The translations under genes were made by a program, and so were the position numbers. The notes beneath the pieces were generated by a model that saw nothing but the letters and a program-made list of their open reading frames with translations, did no database searches and had not been told where the DNA came from. A stretch of DNA of 64,000 nucleotides from the NCBI GenBank assembly GCA_000004985.1, contig GG738904.1; one strand, given 5' to 3'. Shown piece after piece: positions 24,052 through 36,393 of the stretch (within the stretch, counting starts at the first letter, position 1; each line of letters starts with the position of its first letter). This stretch comes from Naegleria gruberi. Taxonomy: Eukaryota.

Positions 24052-27000
24052 ATGCAAGACGATAAATCATCAATTCCCGAAGGTGTCGTTGCTGATGAAG
24101 AAACAAATCCAACTATTCCAGGACATGAATCCACCATTGAACAAAATCCTTCTTCAACGGAGGAGAGCAAAATGACCTATCCAACACTCCACAAAAGTTT
24201 GAAGAAATCTTTCAGTCAAATTGTGTCTTGTGGAGGAAGTTTTGTTTGTTCTGATAAGTTTGATGGTGTGACACTTCCTGGATTGGAATTACTTGTTTCT
24301 GCTGCTCAAGATTCTGATAAGAAATATAAAGCAATGCCCTTTCCGATTGTTTATAAAGAGCAAGCTGATGAAATTATTAGAATTGCAAAGAAATCACCTT
24401 ATGGAAAGGGAGAGGAAACAATTTATGATGACAATGTGAGAAATTCCTATGAATTGGAACCAAATCAATTTAGAATTACAAATACAATGTGGCAAAAAGA
24501 ATTAAATCAATTATTGGAAACAAAAATTAAAAGTGGACTGGGAATTGACAAGTACAAGAATGTGGAATGTAAATTGTACAAATTACTATTGTATGAAAAA
24601 GGAGGACATTTTGAATATCACAAAGATTCTGAAAAAGAATGTAAACAAACATGCACATTGGTTATTATTTTACCATCCATCTTTGAAGGAGGAGAATTCA
24701 AAATCAAACACAATGATTATGAAATGGAAATTGCCACAACAAATGATTATGCAACTGAGTGAGTATTATAGTATGAACAATTTATTGAAAATTAATTTCA
24801 AATCTCCCATTATTGAATTTAATCATGATGAATTCTTGGCAGTTGTCATTTCATTTCATTTTACTCTGATTGTGATCATGCTGTTATGCCACTCACAAGT
24901 GGATACAGAACTTGCCTTATCTATAATATTATTGTAACAACTCATCAAGAAAATCAGCAATTATCCATTGCAGATAATCATGTACATTCTGAAAATGTAA
25001 GAGAACAATTATCAGAGTGGTTGAAAACTGATTTGTCCAAGAAACCATTAGTTTATTTGCTGGAACACGAATATACAACAGAAAGTTTAGTTTTTGGATG
25101 TGAAAATTTGAAAGGAAATGATTACAAAATTTATTCTGCACTCAAAGCATCCAAATTGCCATTGCTCTTGTTTCCATCTTTCTTTACAAAACGTGTTAAT
25201 GAAGGGTTTAGTGATGATGATTTCTTTGAAGAGGGAGTGTTTTTAACCATCTCTAAAATGTACTTTGATGAAAAGGCAATACTTTCCGATGTCTCTGTTT
25301 CGCCATCTCAGGTTTTTTCATTTCCAGGAAAAGATATGAAAGATATGAAACTAACAAAGTCAACTGAACATCAAACAGGTAAGTACGAGAGAATTATTTA
25401 GATAGTTAATCATTCTAACAGGAAATTATGGAACTCAATCATCTAAATGGTATCAAAAAACATGCTTGATCATTTCTTCTAATCAATTTAGTTCAATTGT
25501 GGAGCTAGGATTTAATTTTGGTATGAACTACTTTGAATTTCTTTCTAAAGCTGAAAGTGAGCAGATTAACGAATTTTATGAATCATTTACAAAGGAAGAA
25601 TGGAAATTACCATACAGACATACTATTAGCAAGCAAGAGATGTTCGTAATGACATTAATTAAAACTGGCAAGAAAGATTTGACCAAAAAATTCCTTGAGG
25701 AAGAGTGTAGCTCGGCCTCAATCACAGCAAAAGCTTTAAAACAATGTTTGAATGTATTTGAAGACCAAGAGTTTAAACAGATTGTTTTTCAATATTGTAT
25801 TGATAGTTTAACAAATCTTGAACACGGACATAAGCTTGATATTGATGAATACTTGGAAGCACTAGAGCCGTTCGTTACCCCTAAAATGGTAAACTATATT
25901 GAAACACAGCTGGTCAAATCAGTCGATTCAATCCGTAATCTAAACTCATTCTACTTATTTTGTGAAAAAAAGCGAGACAAATTTAGTTATACATTTAATA
26001 AGGGTTAGTTTTCTACATTTATTTCAATGCTCACCCTATTTAGATTTATTTTTACCGATATTTAGATCTCTTTATAGCCAATTAAAACACTGCAAAGCTC
26101 AATATTTTCCTCTTTGTGACACTTATATGTGTGAGGAATTTGTAAAAGGTACAATAGAATTCTACTTTAACAATGATTATAATAGAGGTTTACAACTCAT
26201 TCAAAAGTATGGATACAATACATTTGATCCAAATAAGGTTTTTTCAGTTTTGAACCCATCCCATTATTTTGAAAATTACAAAAAAGATATTGAAGACAAT
26301 GAGTTGAAATTGTTCTATTCTGGATTTAGAAAATACATGATTGAAAAACGATTACTTGATAACCGATCTGAGAGAGAAGTAGTTCTCAAACATTTACTCG
26401 AAAAAGAAGAGTATGAAACTCTCTTGCATACTTTGAAAACCTATAATAAGAATGTCATTAGTAATATTTATATTTTGGATAGATTTCTAAAGAATTTCAA
26501 ACCAATAGTTGATAATACTATATTGCAACAATGGATTAATATAACGCAAATGTGTATCTCCTCTATTAAGGGAGGCTTGTCTAGAAGCTATATTGAAATA
26601 TTAACCTACAAACTTCCTCACACTTTGCCATGCACTTGTGAGCTGTGTGCATCTGTACAAAAGTTTTTAAAGAGTTCTAAAGACTCCTTTTCCAAAATTG
26701 GAGTTTCTAAAACAAGCTATGATCACGTGAAAAGTTATTTGGAAAAATTAGAACGTTTGAGTCAATATTGGTCAAATGAAAAATTAACGATTAACAAGAG
26801 TGGTTATTCTAGCAAATATAGTGAAAATATTATGAGATATGCTTTAGAAAACCTCAATGAATTATTACAATTTTTGATCCACCACCAAACTGATAAAGAC
26901 TCTAGACCTCAATTTAGCTTTACAAGAATTACAGCATCTAGCCCAGCTGGAGAAGAGAGTGTAAAAAGAGAAGCAGAACGGGTAGAGAAAGAGAAGAAAG

Positions 27001-27728
27001 AAAGACTCGAAAGGGAAGAAGCCAAAAAAAGAGAAGCAGAAGAAAAGCTACTTCAAAAGAAAAAATTGGAAGAAGAAGCTCTGCTTAAAAAGAAAAAACG
27101 AGAGGAACAAAGATTACTCAAAAAGAAACAAAAAGAAGAAGAAAATAGACTCAAGAAAGAAAGAGAGGAAGAAGATAAAGAACTTCGTAAAGTTGAAAAA
27201 GAGTTAAAGAAGAGGAAGAAGGAAGAGATAAAAAAGGAGCAGCCAACACCAGCCAGCTCAAGTCAATCCAGCTCAACAATTAATACTCAATCACATACTG
27301 TACAAGGTACCAATTCAGCAATTCAAACACAACCAATAGTTCCACAGCTTACATGTCAACTGGGAACAGTTTATTCTCAAATGCAGGGTATGCCACTTGT
27401 TCCAATCTCAGGTAATCTTATCCCACCTAACTTGGTTAATTTAAATACTTTTTTTAAAATGAAGAATGACATCCAATTATCCCAATACTTTAGCACGGCT
27501 ATGATTTGGACACCATTATCTACACCTCCAGAGCTGATCACTTTATCTGCTAATTGGGTTTCTCAATATTTATGCACTGCTGTACAAATTTCACCTAGTC
27601 TTTACTTTTTGTTGATGCCAATTCAAAGATATTTTCAAACTTCCCCAACTGATTTGCGTTTCATTTCTATTGTCACAGATTTGAAAGGAATTCAAATGAT
27701 ACTTGCTCCAATAGTTAAAAAAGAATAG
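24052..27728 (+). CDS. 2-oxoglutarate/Fe(II)-dependent oxygenase (prolyl-hydroxylase-like) domain protein with a long C-terminal charged coiled-coil region, about 1169 aa; join(24052..24758,24843..25378,25422..26003,26044..27728)
   Basis: The HxD...H facial triad context reads YEKGGHFEYHKDSE...TLVIILPS..EGGEF...SDCDHAVMPLTSGYRTCLIYNI, where R is the 2OG-binding Arg. Three GT..AG introns of 84, 43 and 40 nt each restore the frame exactly between the annotated ORFs. The C-terminal region is KE-rich, for example EREEAKKREAEEKLLQKKKLEEE. Confidence 0.65.
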
Positions 27729-27744
27729 TTTTCAACACAGATGT

Positions 27745-27812
27745 TTACATTTAATTAAGGATGATGACAGGTATAATAAAGGAATAGTCCAATAATTATC
27801 CCAAGGAATGAC
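27745..27812 (-). repeat. Partial duplicate of the 3' end (TM-tail codons) of the gene at 28564..29520
   Basis: The segment taaggatgatgacaggtataataaaggaatagtccaataattatcccaa is nearly identical to 28569..28620. On the minus strand it encodes ..GIIIGLFLYYTCHHP* against ..GIIIGLFLYYTFSSSSIKM* in the intact gene. Flanking similarity extends about 150 nt, for example ctttaccaatt. Confidence 0.5.
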
Positions 27813-28563
27813 ATTGTAGGAATGCATGTTCAGAGTTTTTATTGCAAATTAATCTGTAGATTCTGTAATCGTCATTCCTATTACTATGATTTCCCATTAT
27901 TTACGAAAATCTATTTGTGTAATAAATATAAATAAGGAGATTTTAAATTATTTAGGCTCTTTACCAATTTATTGAACACGTATCTAATGAAATCCATTTA
28001 AAACCTGAAGATGGACGCAATAGCCAAACAATAATCAATTTAAAAATGATCAGTCTTGAACACTTTGGAGAACAATCAGACGTTTTCCTTGAACAGTATT
28101 GTAAACAAAAGGCAACCATATTGAAGAGTTTCTTTGAAGAGGTTGATATGAAATTGTTTGGAAAAGTTAATCAGATTTCAAAAAATTGGGGGAAATTGAA
28201 GATTTTCTTTTAGCACTAAAGTTTTCTCTTCCAGATATTTTTGGAGATGGTAATGGAGGGGAAATTCCAGTCCAACAATTAAGTCGTTGAATTGGTTGAA
28301 TAAAGTTCAAATCTATTGAGACCTCACAACGTATTGTTATTATTAAGCTTTCTTCATCAATAAACTGAGTTTAAACAACTAAGCAAGTATGCAATTTCTT
28401 GTGTTTATCGATGTATCAACACTCTGATAAAAGAAATTGAAAATTGTAGAGTTTCATTATGGATGGTTGAAGTAGGGATCTCTAGAATGTAACAATAAAC
28501 ATGTTATTTCTGAATGAAAAGTTCATAATTAATAATACCTTTAAATTATGTGATTTACAATAT

Positions 28564-29520
28564 TTACATTTTAATTGAGGATGATGAAAAGGTATAATAA
28601 AGGAATAGTCCAATAATTATCCCAACAGTAGTAAAAAATAATACAAAGTAAGCATTCTCTTGCTTTTGTGCAATGACACCAAACATTTCCTTATGTTGCT
28701 CCTTGCTCTTCTTTACCAATTCCTCGTAACCAACATGTTTGATAAATATTTGTGCCTTCTTTTCAACCTCATTTTGGGTTCCATCCTTCTTCTTCTTTTT
28801 CAATAGGTTTTTAAGAGACATTGCAATAGAGGATGATTTTTTGGAAGTATCCTTTGTTTCTTTCGATTCCTTTGATTCTTTAGATTTGAATAAAGAAAAT
28901 CCCTTCTTTTCCTCCTTATTTGATTCTTCTACATTTGTTGGTTCAACATCCATACTATCGATAATACAAGGAATGACATCATAGGCCATTTCAATCCATT
29001 TGCAAAACAACTTGTTCTCATTCTTGATCAATGCATTTTCTACAAAATCAGTAACAGTCCAAATAAGTTTTTTAAATTCTGCCTTCATATCAATGGTTAA
29101 TTCTACACTTTGAAAATTGTCATCATTACTCTTTTGTGCAAAATCAAAAATTGCTGAAATTTCAAAAAATTCCTTCATTGGAGATTCTCCGACAAGACAA
29201 ATATCACAAATAACTCTACATTTATCCCTTGATTCCATCACTAATGATTCCGTAACTTGAAGATCAACTCTTTTAATTCCTAAAATTGCAGGCGCATTAA
29301 TTTTATCCACAACCACTGATGTTTCTCTCATAAAAGTCTCCTTTACTCTCGGATCATCTTTATCTAAATTACTATTCCATCCTTTAGAAATTGAAACTGT
29401 TGATACTTCTTTACGTTGTTGCAAAAATCGTATTTGAAAATCATCATTAAAGAATGTATGTTTTAAAACCTTGTCAATTGAAGTATCGGGAAAAACATGT
29501 CTGATCGCATCTTGTTTCAT
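28564..29520 (-). CDS. Tail-anchored membrane protein of unknown function, 318 aa
   Basis: ATG is at 29520 (MKQDAIRHVF) and the ORF is continuous. A single C-terminal hydrophobic segment reads FVLFFTTVGIIIGLFLYYTF. There is a K/E-rich linker. I do not recognise the family. Confidence 0.55.
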   Translation of the reverse strand: MKQDAIRHVFPDTSIDKVLKHTFFNDDFQIRFLQQRKEVSTVSISKGWNSNLDKDDPRVKETFMRETSVVVDKINAPAILGIKRVDLQVTESLVMESRDKCRVICDICLVGESPMKEFFEISAIFDFAQKSNDDNFQSVELTIDMKAEFKKLIWTVTDFVENALIKNENKLFCKWIEMAYDVIPCIIDSMDVEPTNVEESNKEEKKGFSLFKSKESKESKETKDTSKKSSSIAMSLKNLLKKKKKDGTQNEVEKKAQIFIKHVGYEELVKKSKEQHKEMFGVIAQKQENAYFVLFFTTVGIIIGLFLYYTFSSSSIKM

Positions 29521-30050
29521 TTTTTATTTTATAATTAAATTAATTTTTAATATAGAATTAAAATTAGCAATCGAGTTCATTGTTGCTTTTTATTGAATAA
29601 TCGAATAGGTGATGTAATTAAAGGAGTTTACAACAATTTAATATTAAATAGTATTTTTTTTAAATATATTATTATTTCAATCCATTCATTGTAAAAATAA
29701 CAAAATCGAAACGAGATCAAAAGCTAAATATACATTAAGAATTGAATTAGAGTCAATGACCAGTGTCTACGATTATTTAGAACCCAAAATATTAAACAAC
29801 AAGTAACTCCGGGATCCGATAAACGGAGAAGAAATTGTAAAGTTTTATTCCGGTGGTATTTTTTTTAGAGCCTTGCTGAACAAGCAGGCTTCAACAACAG
29901 CGAGGCTTGCTTGACTTTTGGTTTTATTGCTGTGAAGAGCAAGACTACCAAATCGTTTCTCTTGAAAAAATAAAATAAATTTAAAAATTATTTAACAAAT
30001 TTACGTAAAAAAAATAAGACCATACACACTCTACCCATCATCCAATAAAA

Positions 30051-31871
30051 ATGAGAGAAGGAGAAAGTCAATACGGTGATATCTTGTCTGTTTCAGGACC
30101 AGTCGTCGTTGCTGAAAAGATGGAAGGTGCTGCCATGTACGAACTTGTTCGTGTTGGTAATCAACAACTTGTGGGTGAAATTATTCGTTTGGAAGGTGAT
30201 ACTGCCACAATCCAAGTCTACGAAGAAACATCAGGTTTGACTGTTGGTGATCCAGTATTGAGAACTGGACAACCATTGTCTGTTCACTTGGGTCCAGGTA
30301 TCATGGGTAGTATTTTCGACGGTATCCAACGTCCTTTGGAAGTCATTTATAAAAACTGCAATGAAGATATTTACATTCCTAGAGGTATTAACGTAAATTC
30401 ATTGGATATGGATAAGAACTGGTTTTTCAACCCAACAAACTTCTCTATTGGTGATAAAATCACTGGAGGTGACATTTTCGGTGAAGTTGAAGAAAATGAC
30501 TTTATTAATCACAAAATCCTCCTTCCACCAGGTGCTATGGGTGAAATTACTTATATTGCTAGCCCAGGTAACTATACTCTTAACGATGCTGTCATTGAAG
30601 TTGATTTCAATGGTATGAAGAGACAATTCGGTATGGCCCACTTCTGGCCTGTACGTCAACCTCGTCCAGTTATTGAAAAGTTAGCTGGTGATTATCCAAT
30701 TTTGACTGGTCAACGTGTTTTGGATGCTGTCTTCCCTTCTGTCCAAGGTGGTACTTGTGCTATTCCAGGTGCCTTTGGTTGTGGTAAGACTGTCATTTCC
30801 CAAGCTATTTCTAAATATTCTAACTCTGAAGCTATTATCTACGTTGGTTGTGGTGAACGTGGTAACGAAATGGCTGAAGTATTGATGGAATTCCCTCACC
30901 TTACTGTTACTAATCAAAAGACTGGTAAGGAAGTTTCTATCATGAACAGAACTTGTCTTGTTGCTAACACTTCAAACATGCCTGTTGCTGCCAGAGAAGC
31001 TTCTATTTATACTGGTATTACATTGTCCGAATATTTCAGAGATATGGGTATGAACGTTGCTATGATGGCTGACTCTACTTCTCGTTGGGCTGAAGCTTTG
31101 AGAGAAATTTCTGGTCGTCTTGCTGAAATGCCTGCTGACTCTGGTTATCCAGCTTATTTGGGTGCTCGTTTGGCTTCTTTCTATGAACGTGCTGGTAAGG
31201 TTCGTTGTATTGGTAATCCAGGTCGTACTGGTTCAATTACTATTGTCGGTGCTGTTTCTCCACCTGGTGGTGACTTTGCCGATCCAGTTACTGCTTCAAC
31301 TTTGGGTATTGTCCAAGTCTTTTGGGGTTTGGATAAGAAATTGGCTCAAAGAAAGCACTTCCCTTCAGTCAACTGGCTCATTTCCTACTCTAAATACATT
31401 AACTCTTTGGAACCTTTCTATGAAAAGGTCGATCCTGAATTCGTTCGTTTGCGTACAATCATGAGAGAAATTCTCCAACAAGAAGAAGATTTGACAGAAA
31501 TTGTCCAATTGGTCGGTAAGGACTCACTCCCAGAAAACGATAAGGTTACATTGGAAGTTGCTAAATTATTGAGAGAAGATTTCTTGCAACAAAACTCATT
31601 CACTGATTATGACAAGTATTGTCCATTCTTTAAGACTATTCTCATGTTGCGTAACTTTATTAAATTCTATGAAGATTCTCAAAAGGCTGTTCAAGAATCA
31701 GGTGCCAAGATTACATGGAACACAATTAAGAATGCCATGACTGATTTGACTTACAAGTTGTCAAGCCAAAAGTTTATCAAGCCATCCCTTGGTGAAGCTG
31801 GTGTTAAACAACAACTTAACGACCTTTATCAAGAAATTTCAAATGCTTTCAAGAATCTTGAAGAAGAGTAA
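30051..31871 (+). CDS. vatA: V-type proton ATPase catalytic subunit A, 606 aa, single exon
   Basis: Near-full-length identity blocks to V-ATPase subunit A include [50 protein letters not shown], the Walker [10 protein letters not shown] and [12 protein letters not shown]. Confidence 0.95.
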   Translation: MREGESQYGDILSVSGPVVVAEKMEGAAMYELVRVGNQQLVGEIIRLEGDTATIQVYEETSGLTVGDPVLRTGQPLSVHLGPGIMGSIFDGIQRPLEVIYKNCNEDIYIPRGINVNSLDMDKNWFFNPTNFSIGDKITGGDIFGEVEENDFINHKILLPPGAMGEITYIASPGNYTLNDAVIEVDFNGMKRQFGMAHFWPVRQPRPVIEKLAGDYPILTGQRVLDAVFPSVQGGTCAIPGAFGCGKTVISQAISKYSNSEAIIYVGCGERGNEMAEVLMEFPHLTVTNQKTGKEVSIMNRTCLVANTSNMPVAAREASIYTGITLSEYFRDMGMNVAMMADSTSRWAEALREISGRLAEMPADSGYPAYLGARLASFYERAGKVRCIGNPGRTGSITIVGAVSPPGGDFADPVTASTLGIVQVFWGLDKKLAQRKHFPSVNWLISYSKYINSLEPFYEKVDPEFVRLRTIMREILQQEEDLTEIVQLVGKDSLPENDKVTLEVAKLLREDFLQQNSFTDYDKYCPFFKTILMLRNFIKFYEDSQKAVQESGAKITWNTIKNAMTDLTYKLSSQKFIKPSLGEAGVKQQLNDLYQEISNAFKNLEEE

Positions 31872-31956
31872 ATATATAAACCAATTTTGTAATAATATTG
31901 AAAATTTAAAAAACACGTGTTTAATTTTCTTCAATTTAACACAAACAAGGCAAAAA

Positions 31957-34512
31957 ATGTTTAAATTTAGTCATCATCAAAATATTAACAACAGTTCGGA
32001 TCAACATTTACCTAACCATAAAGCCGAGAATTTACTGTTATTATCAACAACAACAATACGAGATAAGAAAATGTCATCATCACATTCTACCACCACAACT
32101 ACTACGCAATATGTACATCAAAACAAGCCAAAATTTAAATCAAGAAGGCTATTATCGGAATTGTCAGACACTTCTTCACAACTTTCTCGGACAATCACAA
32201 CTCCAATCATATCTTTCCTTGTATTTGTATTAATCATTCTTATTTATTTAGATAATTCATCCTCTTCAACATATAACCTCTTCGTCCATGCCTCTACCTC
32301 ACCAACAGCAACAATAAACAATACTCAACAACAGCCTAATACTAATACTAATACAAATACAAATAATAATAATATAGGATCTTCATCATCATCAGCAACA
32401 ATTGAACAACAATCAACGACATCTAGTACTCCAACAGCAACAGCACCTCCTCCTCCTCGACAACCCAAGATTAATGTTGGATTTAATTTTGCATCGGAAG
32501 AAGCAGGAGCCAAGATATTATCATCAAATCGAGAGGCAAAAGTATGTTCTTTAAAGATTCGAATATATTGAATTAATTGATTTAGAAAGTTTCAAGGATA
32601 TTGAATGAAGATAGTGATAAATATTGTCTCATTCCAAGATCAGTTCCTAAAAAGTGGATTGTTGTGGAATTATCTGAGGAAATATTAATGAAAAGTATTG
32701 CCATTGCCAATTATGAATATTATTCATGCTCTTTTAAACATTTTAAGGTTTATGCATCTGTGAAATATCCATGTAAGGAAAAATCAAATTGTTGGGAATT
32801 GTTGGGGACTTTTCAAGCAGCAAATAGTCGAAAAGTTCAACATTTTACATTTAAAAAACCATCCATTACAAGATATGTTAAATTGGAATTTTTATCACAT
32901 TATGGAGAGAATGAATATTATTGTACTTTGAGTTTGTTAAGAGTTCATGGATCTACTTTATTGGAAGATTTGAAAAAATCTCTTCAAAAATCCAGTAAGA
33001 AAAATTCAGAATCAACTCAAATTACAAATGAACAAACACAATCTAATAATCATGGAAGTATTGAATATGATATTAAGAAGGAAGAGGCAAATTTGAATGA
33101 ATTAATCAAGGAAAATACTGAACAGATAGCATCTATTCATAATTCAGATAAGGAGAATTCTAAAAGATTGGATCAATTGGAAGAATCATTTGGAAAATTA
33201 TTGAATGATGACATTTCAAATTTAATTAAGGAAAAGATTACAAACAGTCGTATGAATTCAAAAACTGAATTTTGGGCAATGTTGGTAAAGAAGAAATTTC
33301 AAAGTTTTGGATTTTGCAATATTGGACGTTTGAATGATGGGAATGATAGGATATCATTTATCATTGAACAGGAAAGGGATGTCATTAATTGTACATGTTT
33401 TAAGGTTTTGAAAAAGGATTTTATTGAAAGAGTTGGATTTTTAAAGAATAGTGATAAGGGATTTTCACTTTACAATAGAACATTACATTCCAATAATACT
33501 ATGAATAGTCAAGATATGAATACCATTTCAAATAAGAATAGGGAAATTTGGGGAGTTTGTCAATACAGAGTTACTTACTTTAGTTTGAAATGTATCACTA
33601 ATGGAACACTCAAGTTTGAGAATATTCAACCAACGAAAAAGCCATCTGCTAAGGATTCTAAGAAGAAGCAAAAAGTAGTTGTTGATGATGAAACAGATGG
33701 TTTAGATGAAAAGACTCCTATGAAGAGTACTCTTTCTCACTTATTGAATGAAAAGCAAAATATCCTCAAATCCTTATTTAATGCTAGTAAGTATTTCATG
33801 ATTGAATTAGTTGTTGAGTAACGTTTGTAAAAGTTAAAATTCATGGAGAGAATGAAAATATTTTGAAAAATCAAATCAAAGCGCTTGAAATGAAGAATGC
33901 CAAGACATTCCAATATATTCATCAAATTTTGGAAAAGAATGGAGAAGATCACAAGCTCATTGCCAACAGTTTTATATCACTGACACAGAAGAATAGAGAG
34001 CAAATAATTAATGATATGGTATGTTTCTTTGTTTGATAGGATAATTAATAATTATTTAGAAAATTGAAATAGAAAACAAACTAAAACAAAAGATTGATCA
34101 ATTCAGTTCAAGTATGGATCAAAAGATTTTAAAATTGTCACAAGAAAATATTGAAAGAATGGCTACAATGAGACGTGAAATTTTGAATTATGGATTTATT
34201 GCAGTTTTTATTTTGCTCTTACTCATTATATCAACGAGAACAGTGCCATACGATGACTCAAAGAGAGCAAGTGAGAAGGATTCTAGCTCTACTTCCACTG
34301 CTAATATTAAGCCTCACATAGAAATTAAGAAGGATGTACCAAAGAAAGTTGGAAATTCATCCTTACTAGGAATTCTATACTCATTTTTCTTCCAAGGAAT
34401 TAGAGAGCCAGTTAGTCCAGAGCCCTCCTCTCCACAAAATTATTCTTCCTCATCAGATTCTTTCAGGAATCAATCTAGAAGATCAAAGAGAAAATCTAAA
34501 AATCAGGAATAA
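31957..34512 (+). CDS. Mid-SUN (SUCO/Slp1-like) SUN-domain protein, about 802 aa; join(31957..32541,32586..33786,33849..34018,34060..34512)
   Basis: The protein has an N-terminal hydrophobic segment IISFLVFVLIILIYL. The SUN (Sad1/UNC-84) domain reads NFASEEAGAKILSSNREAK...YCLIPRSVPKKWIVVELSEEILMKSIAIANYEYYSCSFKHFKVYASVKYP...LLGTFQAAN...YVKLEFLSHYGENEYYCTLSLLRVHG. A coiled coil follows, then a C-terminal TM GFIAVFILLLLIIST and a short tail. Three introns of 44, 62 and 41 nt (GTATGT/GTAAGT..AG) link the frames exactly. Confidence 0.7.
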
Positions 34513-35863
34513 ATCTAGGTACTTGGACCTCCTCCTCTGTCTTGTTTTGGAGAGAAGCATATTCTTCAATTAAACTTGCAGCATTTTCCAAAGCTTCATC
34601 AAAGAGAGCTTCAGGCATGTATTCAGTATAGTGGTGAGTGTAAATTTTCTTCTTGTAGAGCTTCTTAAATCTTGTATGCATGTCAGAGAAAACATTTCCA
34701 ATACAGCAATTATTAGCCAAGCAAAGAAGAGAGTAAGGTTGATTGTGTGGTGCTACGTGACAAAGACCTACTTTGAATCCTTCTTGGTTCCAATATATCA
34801 TATCCATTTCACCCTTCATTTTAGCAATGTTTCTGTTAATATCAGAGATATTTGCTTGTTGGCCTCTTAAAATCAAACCACATGATAAATATTTGTGATG
34901 GATTGGATCACATTTCAATAATTGATAATCTCTGGAAAGAACATCCTTAAACATTTGATCCATTCTTCTTGGAGGAAGATGCACATCCTTTGGCATCACA
35001 AAAGGAGATAAACTGCTGAGTAAAAATTTCAACCTTGGATAAGGAACCAAATTCATGGTTATTTCGTTAAGATCGACGTTGAGAGAGCCTTCAAATCTCA
35101 TTGAGCTGGTTAAATTGGTAAGCAAGGTGGCGGCGATATCGTTCATTTGGTCAAATGGTTTTGAATCTTCTTCTTTTGACAGGGTGCTGGTCACATCCTT
35201 TTTCTTTTCGAGTGAATTTACAAATTTACACATGTCATATAGTGCTTGATTTTCAATAGGTAAAACACAATCCGAGTTTTCTGATAATTCATTGAGTGAT
35301 AGTAAGGAGTTATAAGGTGAGGTGATAACGTCATCGTCTTTGGAAGGGAAAACACAAGCAGAAAATGTATAAATATCAGGAAATTCATCATGGAGGACTT
35401 GTGTAATAAAAGATCCCAAACCAGAACCTGTACCACCTCCTAAACTATGAAGTAAAAAGAAACTCTGAATCGAATCACATTCTTCAACTTCCCATCTAAT
35501 TTTCTCCAATATTTCCTCATGATATTTAGGTCCATACACTTCATGACCATGTGCCCAATTGTTTCCTGAACCACTCACATCAGAAATAACTTGTCTATCT
35601 CTATTAAACAATCCTCCAATATCACTTTTAAATATTTGATTCACAACTCCTTCTTCCATGTCCACTAGTAATGCTCTTGCTTTAATATCTGGCATGCCGG
35701 CCCTTCTCGATTTCTGCTCCATATCCCATTTGAAAAAGGTTGATAACGGTTCATCATACAAAATATCGGGATTTTGATTTTTCTTATTTTGAAACACTGC
35801 AGCATGTTCCCTCAATACTAAATCCCACATTCTTCCTCCGATTTGATTACCACATTGTCCCAC
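34496..35863 (-). CDS. TUBE1: Epsilon-tubulin, 455 aa, single exon
   Basis: Tubulin motifs GQCGNQIG and GGGTGSG are present. The protein is collinear with epsilon-tubulin across its length, for example WDLVLREHAAV, RALLVDMEEGVVNQIF, SGSGNNWAHGH, NLTSSMRFEGSLNVDLNEITMNLVPYP and LANNCCIG. ATG is at 35863. Confidence 0.85.
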   Translation of the reverse strand: MGQCGNQIGGRMWDLVLREHAAVFQNKKNQNPDILYDEPLSTFFKWDMEQKSRRAGMPDIKARALLVDMEEGVVNQIFKSDIGGLFNRDRQVISDVSGSGNNWAHGHEVYGPKYHEEILEKIRWEVEECDSIQSFFLLHSLGGGTGSGLGSFITQVLHDEFPDIYTFSACVFPSKDDDVITSPYNSLLSLNELSENSDCVLPIENQALYDMCKFVNSLEKKKDVTSTLSKEEDSKPFDQMNDIAATLLTNLTSSMRFEGSLNVDLNEITMNLVPYPRLKFLLSSLSPFVMPKDVHLPPRRMDQMFKDVLSRDYQLLKCDPIHHKYLSCGLILRGQQANISDINRNIAKMKGEMDMIYWNQEGFKVGLCHVAPHNQPYSLLCLANNCCIGNVFSDMHTRFKKLYKKKIYTHHYTEYMPEALFDEALENAASLIEEYASLQNKTEEEVQVPRFIPDF

Positions 35864-36393
35864 TTGAATTGTTCTTTTTATTATTGTTTGTTAAAATTAA
35901 TATTAATATTATATAATATTGCCGATCGTTTTTGTTCATCATCAAAAGTTGTATTTTCCCAACATATAACAATAAGGCATGGTAATAAAATTTGATTTTG
36001 CGTGTTTAAAAATACAAAGCCTTGCAATAAAAAACATACACTATTTCTCGAGGCATTTTTTTCAAGTATTTAGTAATGGTATTTTTGTAATTTCAAGAAT
36101 AATATAAATTATTGAATTAAATAGTGTAATTGAGTTTACAAAATACTTTAAAGGTGTAACTAAGGTTAAGGAAAAAACAACTTGGAAAAAAATAACAGTC
36201 CAATGTTGATAGTAACAAAGAGTTTGGAATGGATGAAGCAAGATAACAAAGATACATTGTTTAATGGTTTCAGGAAAGAAACAACAGATTCACTCTGCTT
36301 ACATGGAATGGAAATGCTTTTTCCTTTTTCAATAGAGATTCCGAATTTAGTAAGTTTAAATAGTTTAATAGTATTTACAAAATATTGAAAAGT

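Noticed and set aside
33787-33848. Apparent end of the SUN gene at the TAA at 33819..33821 and a separate small downstream gene
   Set aside because: A GTAAGT donor at 33787 and an AG at 33847..33848 give a 62-nt intron. It joins the SUN ORF in frame to the downstream coiled-coil/TM exons, yielding the expected mid-SUN topology.
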